DNA of 64,000 nt, taken from sequence record MW394391.1; one strand, written 5' to 3'. The DNA is from Klebsiella phage vB_KpM_FBKp24. Positions 29,326 through 39,141 of the stretch are shown here, one piece after another. Position numbers and translations under genes: made by a program. The first letter of the stretch is position 1, and each line of letters opens with the position of its first letter. Below the pieces are notes generated by a model, which saw only the letters and a program-made list of their open reading frames with translations, had not been told where the DNA came from and made no database searches.

Positions 29326-29976
29326 TTAATGGACGTTTCCGGCCCGCTCTTTCATCAGCGGGAATTCCAAATTGGTTCTGAAATTAGTGATCTCGTGATC
29401 AAAGAAACTCACGTAAACTCGCTGAGTATCGACGAGATTCCCGACCACGAAGCGGTAGCTCCCGAGACGAATATGTTCCGCCACAATACTGAATGCGTAG
29501 AGGAGTTCACTCGGGTTAAACGGCGTACTGTTACTGCTCACTACATTGAACGGGTTTTCCCCTGCTATTTCTGTCGCCACGAAGATCTTACTGTCGCCTT
29601 GGTGCCACCACGCATATTTCCCGATACCGTCTTTTACCGTGAGTAGTACAGCGGGATTCTCAGGACGGCTGAGGTCAATGGCGATCTGTTCTACTGACGG
29701 AAAGGTTGCGCAGAGTTCAAAGAGATACCAGAACAGGTCTTTGTGACCTTCTCCAACCGCCTCGTTTAACTGTTCAATGCTCGTTGCTGAACCGTACTGA
29801 CCGATAACACTACTGAATACCGCAGGTTCTTCAGTTAAGTTTGCACCGGGGTGTGCGACGCCTTCAAAGACCTGTTCTTCGCTAGGACTGACCGGCACCG
29901 TTAGGGAGAGAAGGTTAGTAGACTTATCGTGGGTAAACGTCCCTGTCTGATAAATACGAATGTCAGGTTTGCTCAT
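29326..29976 (-). CDS. hypothetical protein (216 aa)
   Basis: ATG verified. Confidence 0.6.
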   Translation of the reverse strand: MSKPDIRIYQTGTFTHDKSTNLLSLTVPVSPSEEQVFEGVAHPGANLTEEPAVFSSVIGQYGSATSIEQLNEAVGEGHKDLFWYLFELCATFPSVEQIAIDLSRPENPAVLLTVKDGIGKYAWWHQGDSKIFVATEIAGENPFNVVSSNSTPFNPSELLYAFSIVAEHIRLGSYRFVVGNLVDTQRVYVSFFDHEITNFRTNLEFPLMKERAGNVH

Positions 29977-30185
29977 GGGTATTTGTTCTCACTCAGTAAA
30001 GAAAAAGGAGGTACAAAGGAAGAAGGCTTATCGTTAAATTCAAAAATAAACGTCAAGGTCAACGACTTCACCGCTCTACTCTTTAGGAGTAGAGCTCTAA
30101 GGATGGGGACGTAGCCCCTAATACGCACAGGCTTCGCCGTGCGAACTTCAACATAATTAAGTTTAATAATTTAAAAAATGAAAAA

Positions 30186-30596
30186 TCACTTTTCGTAAAG
30201 AGCAATTACCTTAAGAATCTCACTAACCATTGAGGTAGGTAATTTAAAGTCGTTGTTAACCATTTTTTCTTTGAACACGCGAATGTCCTTATTCCCACGA
30301 TCGACAATCAGCCCGAAATGTCCGTTCAACCATTCCAGTTTGGGATTTTTGAGCAGTCGTTTCAGTAAGCGCTGTTCTGGTTCATTAAGTTCAGAAAAGG
30401 TCTTCCGTGGTTTAGTACGAATAAAGAGAGGGCGGCGACTTGGATCAGAAAGGTAATCGTTTAGAAAGTCGAATAGTTCACTTTCCGATAAATAACTTTC
30501 TTCATGGCGATACTGGATAATTTCATCGACACGTACAGGTCTTAACCCAAATGACCGTAGAAACATTCGCGCAACATCGTAATGACGTACTGACAT
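30186..30596 (-). CDS. hypothetical protein (136 aa)
   Basis: motif-1 promoter 28 nt upstream. Confidence 0.6.
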   Translation of the reverse strand: MSVRHYDVARMFLRSFGLRPVRVDEIIQYRHEESYLSESELFDFLNDYLSDPSRRPLFIRTKPRKTFSELNEPEQRLLKRLLKNPKLEWLNGHFGLIVDRGNKDIRVFKEKMVNNDFKLPTSMVSEILKVIALYEK

Positions 30597-30621
30597 TATT
30601 TTCTCCTGTTTAGTGAGGGTT

Positions 30622-30648
30622 ATTCATTAGGGTGATATAGTTCTCTAA
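30622..30648 (-). promoter_or_regulatory. motif-1 promoter-like element (AACTATATCACCCTAATGA)
   Basis: consensus match just downstream of a terminator. Confidence 0.55.
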
Positions 30649-30656
30649 ACTATTCG

Positions 30657-30694
30657 AAACAAAAAAAAGAAGGAGGAAACCCTCCTTCTTTTTA
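30657..30694. terminator. bidirectional terminator A8-agaaggagg-aaac-cctccttct-T5
   Basis: read directly from the sequence. Confidence 0.65.
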
Positions 30695-31057
30695 CACAAT
30701 GGGTAAACAAGACAAGAGTCGCTCTGTCACCACTAACGGTGACTTGCGTTTCTTTTCTACTTCTCTACCCAACAAAGCCCGTAATTTGATAGCCTGAACC
30801 CGAGTGAGTTCCCAGACAATTTCATTTCGGGTAATACATTTCCAGAACCCCCAAAAGGAATTCGTGGAAACGTATATGATCTCCTCCTGAGACGCTCTCA
30901 AACGTTCTGAAAGCGTCGGTAAGTCCAAGGTCAATAAATGACCCTCATTACCGCCAACGTCGCCTAAACGCGTATTGAGGGCGTTATATAACGCCCTCAT
31001 TTCTCTTGGCTCAATAATCAGGTCGCGGTAAGCAAATACCTGATAATCACTTAGCAT
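30692..31057 (-). CDS. hypothetical protein (121 aa)
   Basis: ORF. Confidence 0.55.
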   Translation of the reverse strand: MLSDYQVFAYRDLIIEPREMRALYNALNTRLGDVGGNEGHLLTLDLPTLSERLRASQEEIIYVSTNSFWGFWKCITRNEIVWELTRVQAIKLRALLGREVEKKRKSPLVVTERLLSCLPIV

Positions 31058-31412
31058 TTTTGTTCACCGCCATTAAAGGGATTTGTAAGTAGCGCACTTG
31101 GTCGAAGGTCATCACCAGACGTTTGCTGGATTTCTTCGACAGAAAAGCTTCCAATTTTAAGTGCAACCGGAAAGCCTGACTACGACGGATTTGCCAGTAG
31201 CTTTTGTTCCCTAACCAGATGGCCAGTAGACCGTCGTCAACGTTATAAACCCGCATGAGAATATCTTCCCCGCGGTTAGTGCGAATATCTTCACCCAGTG
31301 CGTTATAGAGCTTTTTAGCGTAATAGCGGTTTAATACTAATACCGGCGCAGGGGCGTTTTCTACCGGGCGATTGTCTTCCCATTCTTTGGCAACACGCTG
31401 AGTCATGTTCAT
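31047..31412 (-). CDS. hypothetical protein (121 aa)
   Basis: ORF. Confidence 0.55.
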   Translation of the reverse strand: MNMTQRVAKEWEDNRPVENAPAPVLVLNRYYAKKLYNALGEDIRTNRGEDILMRVYNVDDGLLAIWLGNKSYWQIRRSQAFRLHLKLEAFLSKKSSKRLVMTFDQVRYLQIPLMAVNKNAK

Positions 31413-31457
31413 GTTTTGATTCCTTACGTTAGAATTGGTTTAGGTGAAGGTAAGTGA

Positions 31458-31847
31458 TTATGCGGCAATTGCCATTTTAGCACGGATAGCAGAAGGCATA
31501 TCGTAAACGATTTCTTTTCCCGGCCGTAAAGCTTCTTGACGGGATGCTACTTCGACGCGTACTTTTCCGCGAATTTGAATACCGATGCCCAGTTCTGTTT
31601 TATAAAACTCGATATCCTGATACTTATCGTTAGAGGCTTCAATGGCGTTCAGCAGCAACCATTTGATCTCGCCTTTACGGTTAAAGGAAAGATCCTGCAG
31701 CTGGGAATACAGAGGAAGATATTCGGTTTCCAGCAGCGTTTGTGCCGGAGTATCAACGAACTCAGTTTCGTGATAAAGTGCCCGCAAGAAGCCAGCGATA
31801 CGTGCAGCAGTGATTGCGAGGGTTTGTTTTTCATTGAAAGTGATCAT
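31458..31847 (-). CDS. hypothetical protein (129 aa)
   Basis: ORF. Confidence 0.55.
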   Translation of the reverse strand: MITFNEKQTLAITAARIAGFLRALYHETEFVDTPAQTLLETEYLPLYSQLQDLSFNRKGEIKWLLLNAIEASNDKYQDIEFYKTELGIGIQIRGKVRVEVASRQEALRPGKEIVYDMPSAIRAKMAIAA

Positions 31848-31887
31848 GTTAAATACTCCGGTAGAATGATTGAGGTGGAATGAAACC

Positions 31888-32208
31888 TTAGGAAATGTTT
31901 TTAACTAACCGCTTGAAGACGGCCGCGTTGGTAGTGAAGCAAACGATATTTACGGGTTCGACGTAACGATTGGTCAACGTGAAGATATAGTCGTCGTATG
32001 AGCGCAGTATTTTCAACGATGCTTCGTAGACGTCATGGTTCACCGTACGAACTAATACAACGGTGTTGTAAGTGTCACCAGGATTTTGAAGACGATCGCC
32101 CAACGAGTTGGCGTCATTGTGGGAAAAGATCAGCTCGATGGTGCGGACGTCGTTTGATTCAATGTCTTTGTCGAGAAAGACCACGGAGTTCATTTTTGAA
32201 AAACGCAT
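31888..32208 (-). CDS. hypothetical protein (106 aa)
   Basis: ORF. Confidence 0.5.
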   Translation of the reverse strand: MRFSKMNSVVFLDKDIESNDVRTIELIFSHNDANSLGDRLQNPGDTYNTVVLVRTVNHDVYEASLKILRSYDDYIFTLTNRYVEPVNIVCFTTNAAVFKRLVKNIS

Positions 32209-32269
32209 GATTAATCCTAATTAATTGAAAACGGAAACAAAGCGAGTACGACCTTTACCCGCCCCGTAT

Positions 32270-32593
32270 TTAATTGGATTCGAAGGATGTCTCCGAAAGT
32301 GCAATAATTTCTTCCAATCCATCAAGGATCACTCCGGCCGCAATAAGGGTTAGCTCTTCCCCAGATGGTGTTAGGTCACGAACAGAACCCCGCGCTGTTG
32401 ATACAGAAATTAGCATCCTTCTCACTTTGGTATTCATTATAAACACTTCGGTTAACGGTAGGTTGTAGAACACCTCTGCGCGCTGAGACAACTGGTAAGC
32501 AATTTCATTCTGGGAAATTTCCGTGTTCTTTACAGTGTCAAACCATGCCAGAATATCTTTAGCTGTTTCTACGGTTGTTTTTAAGTCAGCCAT
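32270..32593 (-). CDS. hypothetical protein (107 aa)
   Basis: ORF; begins at the duplicated divergent promoter module. Confidence 0.55.
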   Translation of the reverse strand: MADLKTTVETAKDILAWFDTVKNTEISQNEIAYQLSQRAEVFYNLPLTEVFIMNTKVRRMLISVSTARGSVRDLTPSGEELTLIAAGVILDGLEEIIALSETSFESN

Positions 32594-32700
32594 TTTCTTT
32601 TCCTCTAAGTTTAGTTATTCAGAAAGGTCTTTCCTTTCCTATTTCACTGTAGCAATATATACATCAAACAAACTGCATTTCGATTTTTAGAAGTTTGTAT
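32594..32700. repeat. divergent promoter module, copy A (contains CTATTTCACTGTAGCAATATATACATCAAACAAACTGCATTTCGATT); ~88% identical to 54231..54360
   Basis: direct comparison of the two intergenic regions. Confidence 0.7.
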
Positions 32701-32727
32701 GTTAACTGCCCTTTGAAGGAAACTATT

Positions 32728-33972
32728 GTGGAAATCAAAAACCTTTTTGACGACCGTTTTAAGAATGTCGTCTATGATACTCGCTTTGCCAGAGAAATTG
32801 CTGTTTTCACGAAGACCTTCGAGAACAAAGGTGACCATGCAAATTTCTTTGGTAGTGGATTACTCGGTACAGTACGTATCAGATGGACCAACACTGAGAC
32901 CAACGGCTTTTTCGACGATATCTTAAAAATAGACCCAGATGATCTCAAAGCCGATATCGACGAACTTGATTGCATTGATCCGTCCCATATCGTCACCACT
33001 GACGCGTTTAACTTGATGATTGTCTATTGCGTGCATCGCGTGATGACAACCGGTAAGTTATCCGCACCGCAACGAAAAGAAGTCGCCATCAATTTATTGA
33101 GAATTCTTCATTTCAAATTTATTTGCGGTATCATTACGCGTTATTTCCCCCACGGCACAGATGTTCAAATCGCCCTACGAACGTACGAAGCCATGACTAA
33201 CCGTTTTGATCTTAAGATCTACAAGACCTGGGGGAAGTTAATTACTGCCCGTGCCCAGTCAATTCTTGAGCCTAACGGTATCCACGCGAAAACTATCCAG
33301 ACTTTCGCTGATGACGACGCAGTCAAGTACATGTTGTCCGATATCCAAACACGTATCCGTACGGTAATTAAGACGTTAACTGCGCTTTATTACCAAGTCA
33401 GGGAAACAGACGGCCGCGTCATTTCGGTTTCTAATATGGTCGAAGTAGAAGGGACAATGGAGATCCGCGATATCAAACGCGCGTTCCCGAAATATCGTCG
33501 CTATCTCTTTGAACAAATGGTTGACCCGGCAAGTTTTATTCGGTTAGAGTTAGTTGATATCCTAACGAAAAACGCCCCGTCGCAGAAAAAAGCTCTGATT
33601 GCCACGCTGCAATATGTCAGTCTTCACGTTATCAACCCGGAAGCGGTTTTCAGCGGGAAAGAACCTAAACAGAGTAAAGAAGCGAAGAAACTGATTGAGT
33701 TCACGGACAGGACGTTAGAGTATACGTTTGATTTTATTCATGGTAAGGGAATTAACCCACGGAACCTGGCGGAGCTGATCGGTAGTATTAAAGCCGTTCT
33801 CAACGCTTCACGAAACAAAGAACCTGAGGTCATGTACTTACGTACAGAGGGTGACAAAATTGTCAGGGCTGCCACTGGGAAACGCGAACCTACCCCTGTT
33901 TCCGCAGAGAGAACGTCTTTCATTTTATACCTCATTCTACGGACGTTGACGATGTCCTACTACCAAAGTTAA
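32728..33972 (+). CDS. hypothetical protein (~414 aa; track gives a TTG start at 32695, GTG at 32728 with GAAGGA SD preferred)
   Basis: long + strand ORF between the duplicated promoter and the duplicated terminator. Confidence 0.6.
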   Translation: MEIKNLFDDRFKNVVYDTRFAREIAVFTKTFENKGDHANFFGSGLLGTVRIRWTNTETNGFFDDILKIDPDDLKADIDELDCIDPSHIVTTDAFNLMIVYCVHRVMTTGKLSAPQRKEVAINLLRILHFKFICGIITRYFPHGTDVQIALRTYEAMTNRFDLKIYKTWGKLITARAQSILEPNGIHAKTIQTFADDDAVKYMLSDIQTRIRTVIKTLTALYYQVRETDGRVISVSNMVEVEGTMEIRDIKRAFPKYRRYLFEQMVDPASFIRLELVDILTKNAPSQKKALIATLQYVSLHVINPEAVFSGKEPKQSKEAKKLIEFTDRTLEYTFDFIHGKGINPRNLAELIGSIKAVLNASRNKEPEVMYLRTEGDKIVRAATGKREPTPVSAERTSFILYLILRTLTMSYYQS

Positions 33973-34010
33973 AACAAAAAAAAAAGAGAGGGCAAACGCC
34001 CTCTCTTTTG
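33973..34010. terminator. bidirectional terminator A10-gagagggc-aaac-gccctctc-T4; identical copy at 54933..54970
   Basis: exact 38-bp repeat. Confidence 0.7.
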
Positions 34011-34018
34011 TGCCTTAG

Positions 34019-35065
34019 TTAAAGGCCGATTTGTTTCGCTAAACGACAATAGCCGCGATAGAAGGCATCGATCAGAAGATTCTCCAACAGCGGAATACTG
34101 GGAATACTCTGACCAAAAACGTTATAGTTCCAGGTTACGTGTTTCCGGATAGCACAGGTATTTTCTGGCGTAGGGCCTTTGACCATATAAGCGATGTCCC
34201 CTACACTGGAGGTTAAAACCCAACGATCTTCGTCTTCGCGGTATTCTACATCAGTAATAAAACGGTCTGTTTTAAACTCCGCGTCGCTCAAAGGTCCGCC
34301 GATAATGTCCTCAATAGCGTGCCTCATGTATTTGTCAATCAACGGGATCTTTTGAATGTTCCCGTCGATATGGTACCCGAACCCCTTACCTAAAATGGTC
34401 CCAACGTAGAAACCTTCACAGCTGTCCTTGTCATTAGAGCGGTTGATCAACTTCAGTACCAGGTCAGATGTACTGTCGAAGAACAGCGCTACATTGGGGA
34501 GAAACTGATATTCCCCCCGGCGTTGACAGACAACCTTATGCGCCCATGCCAGCTCAAACTGAGAACGCATATACAAAATGAAATCAGCCCCGAGCTGTCG
34601 CTGCCACGTCCGGCCGTAAAAGTCCCCAACCCACGACGACTTATCGTCGGCCATAGTCCCTGAAGCAACAGGTCGACCGTTCATTAGCAGCGTACGTTGC
34701 ATGACATGAATTTTAAAGCGGCAGTTCAGCATAAAACGAACCCTGGCCTTTTCACCCATGTAATGTTGGAAGGCGTGTTGGATCGCAAGAAGGCTAAACG
34801 GTTTTTCATTTTCCTGAGTAAAATGGTAACGCACGGTGTCGCCATGTAGCGTAACAAACACGAGATGTTTCATCTCGAGCGTTGGGGTATTATCTAGCCG
34901 AATAAGAATATTTTCATTTTTATCGGTGAAGATATAACCGTGTTCATTTTTGTATGCGAAGACCGAATTGTTTTTATCAAGGGGCATTACCCCGTCGTAA
35001 TTAAAATTAGAATCGGTCTTTTTATCGTAAACGCTGGCGTAAACAAAAGTTTCAATAGTGGCCAT
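34019..35065 (-). CDS. hypothetical protein (348 aa)
   Basis: motif-1 promoter 69 nt upstream. Confidence 0.65.
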   Translation of the reverse strand: MATIETFVYASVYDKKTDSNFNYDGVMPLDKNNSVFAYKNEHGYIFTDKNENILIRLDNTPTLEMKHLVFVTLHGDTVRYHFTQENEKPFSLLAIQHAFQHYMGEKARVRFMLNCRFKIHVMQRTLLMNGRPVASGTMADDKSSWVGDFYGRTWQRQLGADFILYMRSQFELAWAHKVVCQRRGEYQFLPNVALFFDSTSDLVLKLINRSNDKDSCEGFYVGTILGKGFGYHIDGNIQKIPLIDKYMRHAIEDIIGGPLSDAEFKTDRFITDVEYREDEDRWVLTSSVGDIAYMVKGPTPENTCAIRKHVTWNYNVFGQSIPSIPLLENLLIDAFYRGYCRLAKQIGL

Positions 35066-35131
35066 GTTGATCCTCCTTAAGGGTTAGAGAATAAGAGGAA
35101 TGTCAGCAATAACGCCGACATTCCGTATCGA

Positions 35132-35158
35132 TGTTCAATAGGGTGATATATACACCAC
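35132..35158 (-). promoter_or_regulatory. motif-1 promoter-like element (GTGTATATATCACCCTATTGA)
   Basis: consensus match. Confidence 0.55.
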
Positions 35159-35168
35159 TATCTTTTGA

Positions 35169-37343
35169 CTACCTATAGTAATTTGTACCCATGTATTTTT
35201 GGAACTCCGCGTGACGATTGGAGTTGATCTCTTCAATCTTCCCGGTGACGTTAATCGGCTCAGCACCTGCCTCTTCCAGACATTCGTTAAGGTAATTCAA
35301 ACGTCTTTCTAGCTTCATAGCACTGATAGGATTATCGGCAGTTTCCATTGCGGTTAAAAGTTTCTCGATCTCCCGATGGAGGAAATCAATCTCTTCTTGT
35401 TGCTCATCAATCTCATTCGCATTCCCCGCCAATACGTCCACCGCTCCGGTCAGTACCCGTCTTGAGTCTAAACCATAATAGTCTAAATTCGCCCCGTAAA
35501 TCAGTAAATAGACGGTCAGAAGATAAGCGATCACGGTGTCATCGTGACCACCTGGCGGATGGTCTATTTTACCGTTCTTTTCAATCAACCCGGTCAATTC
35601 TGCAATCAGGATTTTATCGTGTATCCGAGTAGCACCTTTCAACATTGCAATTTTCAGCACAGTTTCATAAAGCTGTCTGCGCGTGGTAGTGCCTGTACAG
35701 AAACCAAATTTGGTTTTCCGTCGAATGTAAAAGGCGTCGTCACGGCGATTCATGTCTCCTTGGATTTCCATGTAAGAAGCTGTATCTACTGACTTATTAT
35801 CAACGATCGAGTTGTAAATTCGTTTAAACGGGTCGATGCCTTTGCTGTGCAAAATCAAGCACAGGTAGTCGATGAACGTCTGTCCAGTAGATTTCCTTTC
35901 GGGGATAAAGACGGCTTTTGGATAAGAGATCAACAGATCACCTAAGAACTCAGCGTATTTAGGGATCAAAGCTTCATTGATCACTGAAACCCCGATAACG
36001 TCTGCGCTATACGGATCGAGGAAGACCAATGACAACGCATCTCGTCCCCCGCCCTCTGAGGTATCTGCCCCGATAATAAAGGTCATCGTTTTCCGGTGTT
36101 CGTCGATATATTCTTTCGGAACATACCAGTGAACGATGTAGCCGTTACGGAAAATCTCGGAGTAATCAGAATAGCGTTGGGAACCGATGGCTTTCGCCAA
36201 TAATTCTTTGTCGATCGGGTTGTTGGTCCCGGCTGCTGTCCAGATATTAAAGAAGTCTCGGTCTGCTTCTGGTCCACGTGCCATTGCGCGACGCATGTTT
36301 TCGTAGTGCTGCTCATCAGAAACACCAACCTGATTATGACTCCAGGTTCCGTTAATCAAAAGTTTAGCGTCTTTTGACTTAAGGTTGCGCTGCACCACCT
36401 CACGAAGATTAGCCTGCGAACCAGCATCGTAAAAATGGTCAGACCACCGGGCTGCTTCGTTCCACATTTTGAAGACGAAGCGTCCGTCGCGGCTGGTTTG
36501 GTCACCCGCAGTTGTGGTCATGATACTTCCCCACGGCATGTTTCTTGCTTTGGCTTTTTCGATCGCGGCGTTCATACCAGGCATCGCAGCTTTGAACGCA
36601 ATCTCGATATAGTTGATGAAGGGGGTTTCATCCCAGCCTACTGTTGGCGAGGTGTTACCGCGACCGACTTTGTTTGCACCGCCTGGGTCAGAGCGCGAAA
36701 CTGCTACTGCAAACAAATTACCACGAGTGTTGTAAGTGACCTTTTCGTTTGCGATCGTATCGGAGCGGTCAGTTACTGTTAAGTACGGCGGGAGATACTC
36801 ACGAATGCGTCGTATCATGGTGGTGGTTTCGGAACGGAGTTCGTCTGATTTAGTCACCAGTGAAATACGAGCTTTAGTGTACCGCATGTACAACAACCAC
36901 GAGTACAAGCAATAAGAGATAAGTGATTTACCGGTCTGACGGGGCTGTATCAGAAGATAATCGATGTGGTTCATGTACGACCAAATAAGCGACATATTCG
37001 CTCGGTTCGCACGTAACAGATCGCCTTCTTCACCGACGACAGGTGGGACGCGCAAACATTCTCTGAGGTAATACCAAATGTTATATTCGGCCTCTATCTT
37101 AATCGCTATCATCTGATCTTCAGTCAAATTTGGACTGAAAGGGTCAACACCAACCAGATCAGGGTTTAAAAGCGCAAGTGGCCAATGGTGATTTTTGATC
37201 CCCATTTTTTGCAATACCCCGACAAAACGGGTAAACTCTTTGTTTGGCGTATCCCAATCGGGTATAGCGCTGGGATGGTAGTCCCAGTCCTCAAGGTGGA
37301 GTATCGGCCGTGAATCATTTTCCATCGTATTGTGTATCGACAT
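35169..37343 (-). CDS. terL: terminase large subunit (ATPase plus nuclease)
   Basis: Walker A LIQPRQTGKS; C-terminal RNase-H-like nuclease segment IIGADTSEGGGRDAL..HDD; ATG verified. Confidence 0.8.
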   Translation of the reverse strand: MSIHNTMENDSRPILHLEDWDYHPSAIPDWDTPNKEFTRFVGVLQKMGIKNHHWPLALLNPDLVGVDPFSPNLTEDQMIAIKIEAEYNIWYYLRECLRVPPVVGEEGDLLRANRANMSLIWSYMNHIDYLLIQPRQTGKSLISYCLYSWLLYMRYTKARISLVTKSDELRSETTTMIRRIREYLPPYLTVTDRSDTIANEKVTYNTRGNLFAVAVSRSDPGGANKVGRGNTSPTVGWDETPFINYIEIAFKAAMPGMNAAIEKAKARNMPWGSIMTTTAGDQTSRDGRFVFKMWNEAARWSDHFYDAGSQANLREVVQRNLKSKDAKLLINGTWSHNQVGVSDEQHYENMRRAMARGPEADRDFFNIWTAAGTNNPIDKELLAKAIGSQRYSDYSEIFRNGYIVHWYVPKEYIDEHRKTMTFIIGADTSEGGGRDALSLVFLDPYSADVIGVSVINEALIPKYAEFLGDLLISYPKAVFIPERKSTGQTFIDYLCLILHSKGIDPFKRIYNSIVDNKSVDTASYMEIQGDMNRRDDAFYIRRKTKFGFCTGTTTRRQLYETVLKIAMLKGATRIHDKILIAELTGLIEKNGKIDHPPGGHDDTVIAYLLTVYLLIYGANLDYYGLDSRRVLTGAVDVLAGNANEIDEQQEEIDFLHREIEKLLTAMETADNPISAMKLERRLNYLNECLEEAGAEPINVTGKIEEINSNRHAEFQKYMGTNYYR

Positions 37344-37389
37344 GAGGGACTCCCTCTACTGTAAATATTATCATAGAGAAAGTATAGGG

Positions 37390-37420
37390 CACAGAGAGGA
37401 GGGTTTCCCTCCTCTCTGTG
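37390..37420 (-). promoter_or_regulatory. 14-bp perfect hairpin (cacagagaggaggg-tttc-ccctcctctctgtg) without U-tract, between the 569-aa gene and terL
   Basis: read directly from the sequence. Confidence 0.4.
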
Positions 37421-37431
37421 TGCAAAACGAC

Positions 37432-39141
37432 TTATGATAAGGTATGACGAATAATCATCCCAGCAGTAGCCAGTTGTAGGTCTACGCCGTTCACCGTACG
37501 TACCCAGTGGAGCAATGCCAATTTCCCAACAGTACCGCCTGTCGCGATCGTGAACGTGGTATTCCACGCAGAAATCGGTTGACGGACACGAATGTTGTCT
37601 ACCTGGAGGATAAAGTGCGTAGGTACCAGCGGTTCGCTTTCGGTTTCGGTATCGTACAACGGATGTAGCCGGTAGTACAATCGATCAAGCCATTCGCTTT
37701 GCGTTTGTGCACCCATACTCATATCCGTCGACCAAACCTGAGACGAGATATACTTCAAACGGCACTCAAGTGATCCGCCGTAGTCCTCGTCACCTATTTC
37801 GAAGTTGACAAACCAAGGCGATTCGACACCGCTCTCACCGTCAGCCATTAACGTAATGTCGTTTTTCTGAACATGACGATAACTACTAAAAGAACTGGAC
37901 ACTTTTGAAATATCCAGTGCAAAGGCCATGTGTTGTTTGGTGTTATAGAGCGTCGGATCCCAGACCGCCGACCCAGGTGCCGCTTCGAGAAGATCCGTTA
38001 CTTCGTACATCGCTAAACGATCGAGGCTTTGCATGAAATGACGAAGTTTGTAACCGTTACCGTTACTCTGCCATTCTGGGAACATAAAGAGTTTCACCGA
38101 ATAAGCATTTGGGAGCGTCACTGATTCAATGGTATACGCTACGGGAATAGTGCCCGAGGCAGTGGCCGTACCCTGATAACTTTCGGTACTGTCCAGCTGA
38201 TAAAACAGTGTCAGTGGACTGGTCTGCCCAGATTGAGTCGGGATGAACTCGCTCAAACCGGAAAGATAGATTTTACTACCATCGACCGGTTTGATCACTG
38301 AACTACCGTCGGTATAAGTCACCCTTACGCTAACATCAATCGATGTCATCAACAGATTAACAGGTACGTTGAGACGGTTCGGGTCGGTGGCACTTAAATA
38401 ACTACTGACCAGTGCAACAGAATCGATAGATCGTTTTGCCGAGTTAGATTGACGAATAATTCCTGAATCTACCACGGTCATGGTAAAGCGACTCGTCGGG
38501 AGCCCTGCCGCATCGTAGAAGATAACAAGAACGATTTCGCCGTTCTCAATTTTTCTCGTCGCATTAGCCGTAACGGGAATGCGGTAGTTACCCGTCGTGT
38601 CACCCTCAATGGTCATCAACGGGATTTCGTCACTCTCCAGTTGACCAGATTGGTTGTAGTACGCGGACAACACTTCCAGGTTACCGGTAGTGGATGTGTT
38701 AGAGAACACACGAACCTTTGTCGCGGTCGGCTGATAGGCTCTCAATAAGCTGTCGAAAGCCATCTCTGGCGGAGAGACAGTGTTATCAACGTAAACAAAG
38801 AACCCAGGTTGCGGGTAACGACTCCCGACCCCTAAAAGAATATCGATGGAGTTATCGATAGTCGTAGGGACGTTGTACGCGATCCAGGTCGATAACAGTG
38901 TTGACGTATCCACTTCAGTAACGATATAAAACCCAGAATTTTTATCGAAGATACGATCCCCTACTTTAGGGACGAATCGTCCGATGTTCCCCGAACCTAT
39001 TCCGGCGGGACCGACATAAATTTCAGAGCGCGCCCACTCTTTGTACAACCCGTTCGGGTTCCAGATAGGTACATCAGCTGGCGTATCGTCCGTTAACACC
39101 AGCGCGTATTGTACTCCACTTGTAGTGGTCGATGTGGCCAT
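37432..39141 (-). CDS. putative virion structural protein (569 aa, S/T-rich, beta-rich composition)
   Basis: position in the structural operon with terL, divergent from the sheath gene. Confidence 0.55.
   Translation of the reverse strand: MATSTTTSGVQYALVLTDDTPADVPIWNPNGLYKEWARSEIYVGPAGIGSGNIGRFVPKVGDRIFDKNSGFYIVTEVDTSTLLSTWIAYNVPTTIDNSIDILLGVGSRYPQPGFFVYVDNTVSPPEMAFDSLLRAYQPTATKVRVFSNTSTTGNLEVLSAYYNQSGQLESDEIPLMTIEGDTTGNYRIPVTANATRKIENGEIVLVIFYDAAGLPTSRFTMTVVDSGIIRQSNSAKRSIDSVALVSSYLSATDPNRLNVPVNLLMTSIDVSVRVTYTDGSSVIKPVDGSKIYLSGLSEFIPTQSGQTSPLTLFYQLDSTESYQGTATASGTIPVAYTIESVTLPNAYSVKLFMFPEWQSNGNGYKLRHFMQSLDRLAMYEVTDLLEAAPGSAVWDPTLYNTKQHMAFALDISKVSSSFSSYRHVQKNDITLMADGESGVESPWFVNFEIGDEDYGGSLECRLKYISSQVWSTDMSMGAQTQSEWLDRLYYRLHPLYDTETESEPLVPTHFILQVDNIRVRQPISAWNTTFTIATGGTVGKLALLHWVRTVNGVDLQLATAGMIIRHTLS

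Noticed and set aside
29977-30185. Possible tRNA in the structured intergenic region
   Set aside because: No 7-bp acceptor stem, TψC loop (GTTCRA) or anticodon arm could be assembled on either strand.
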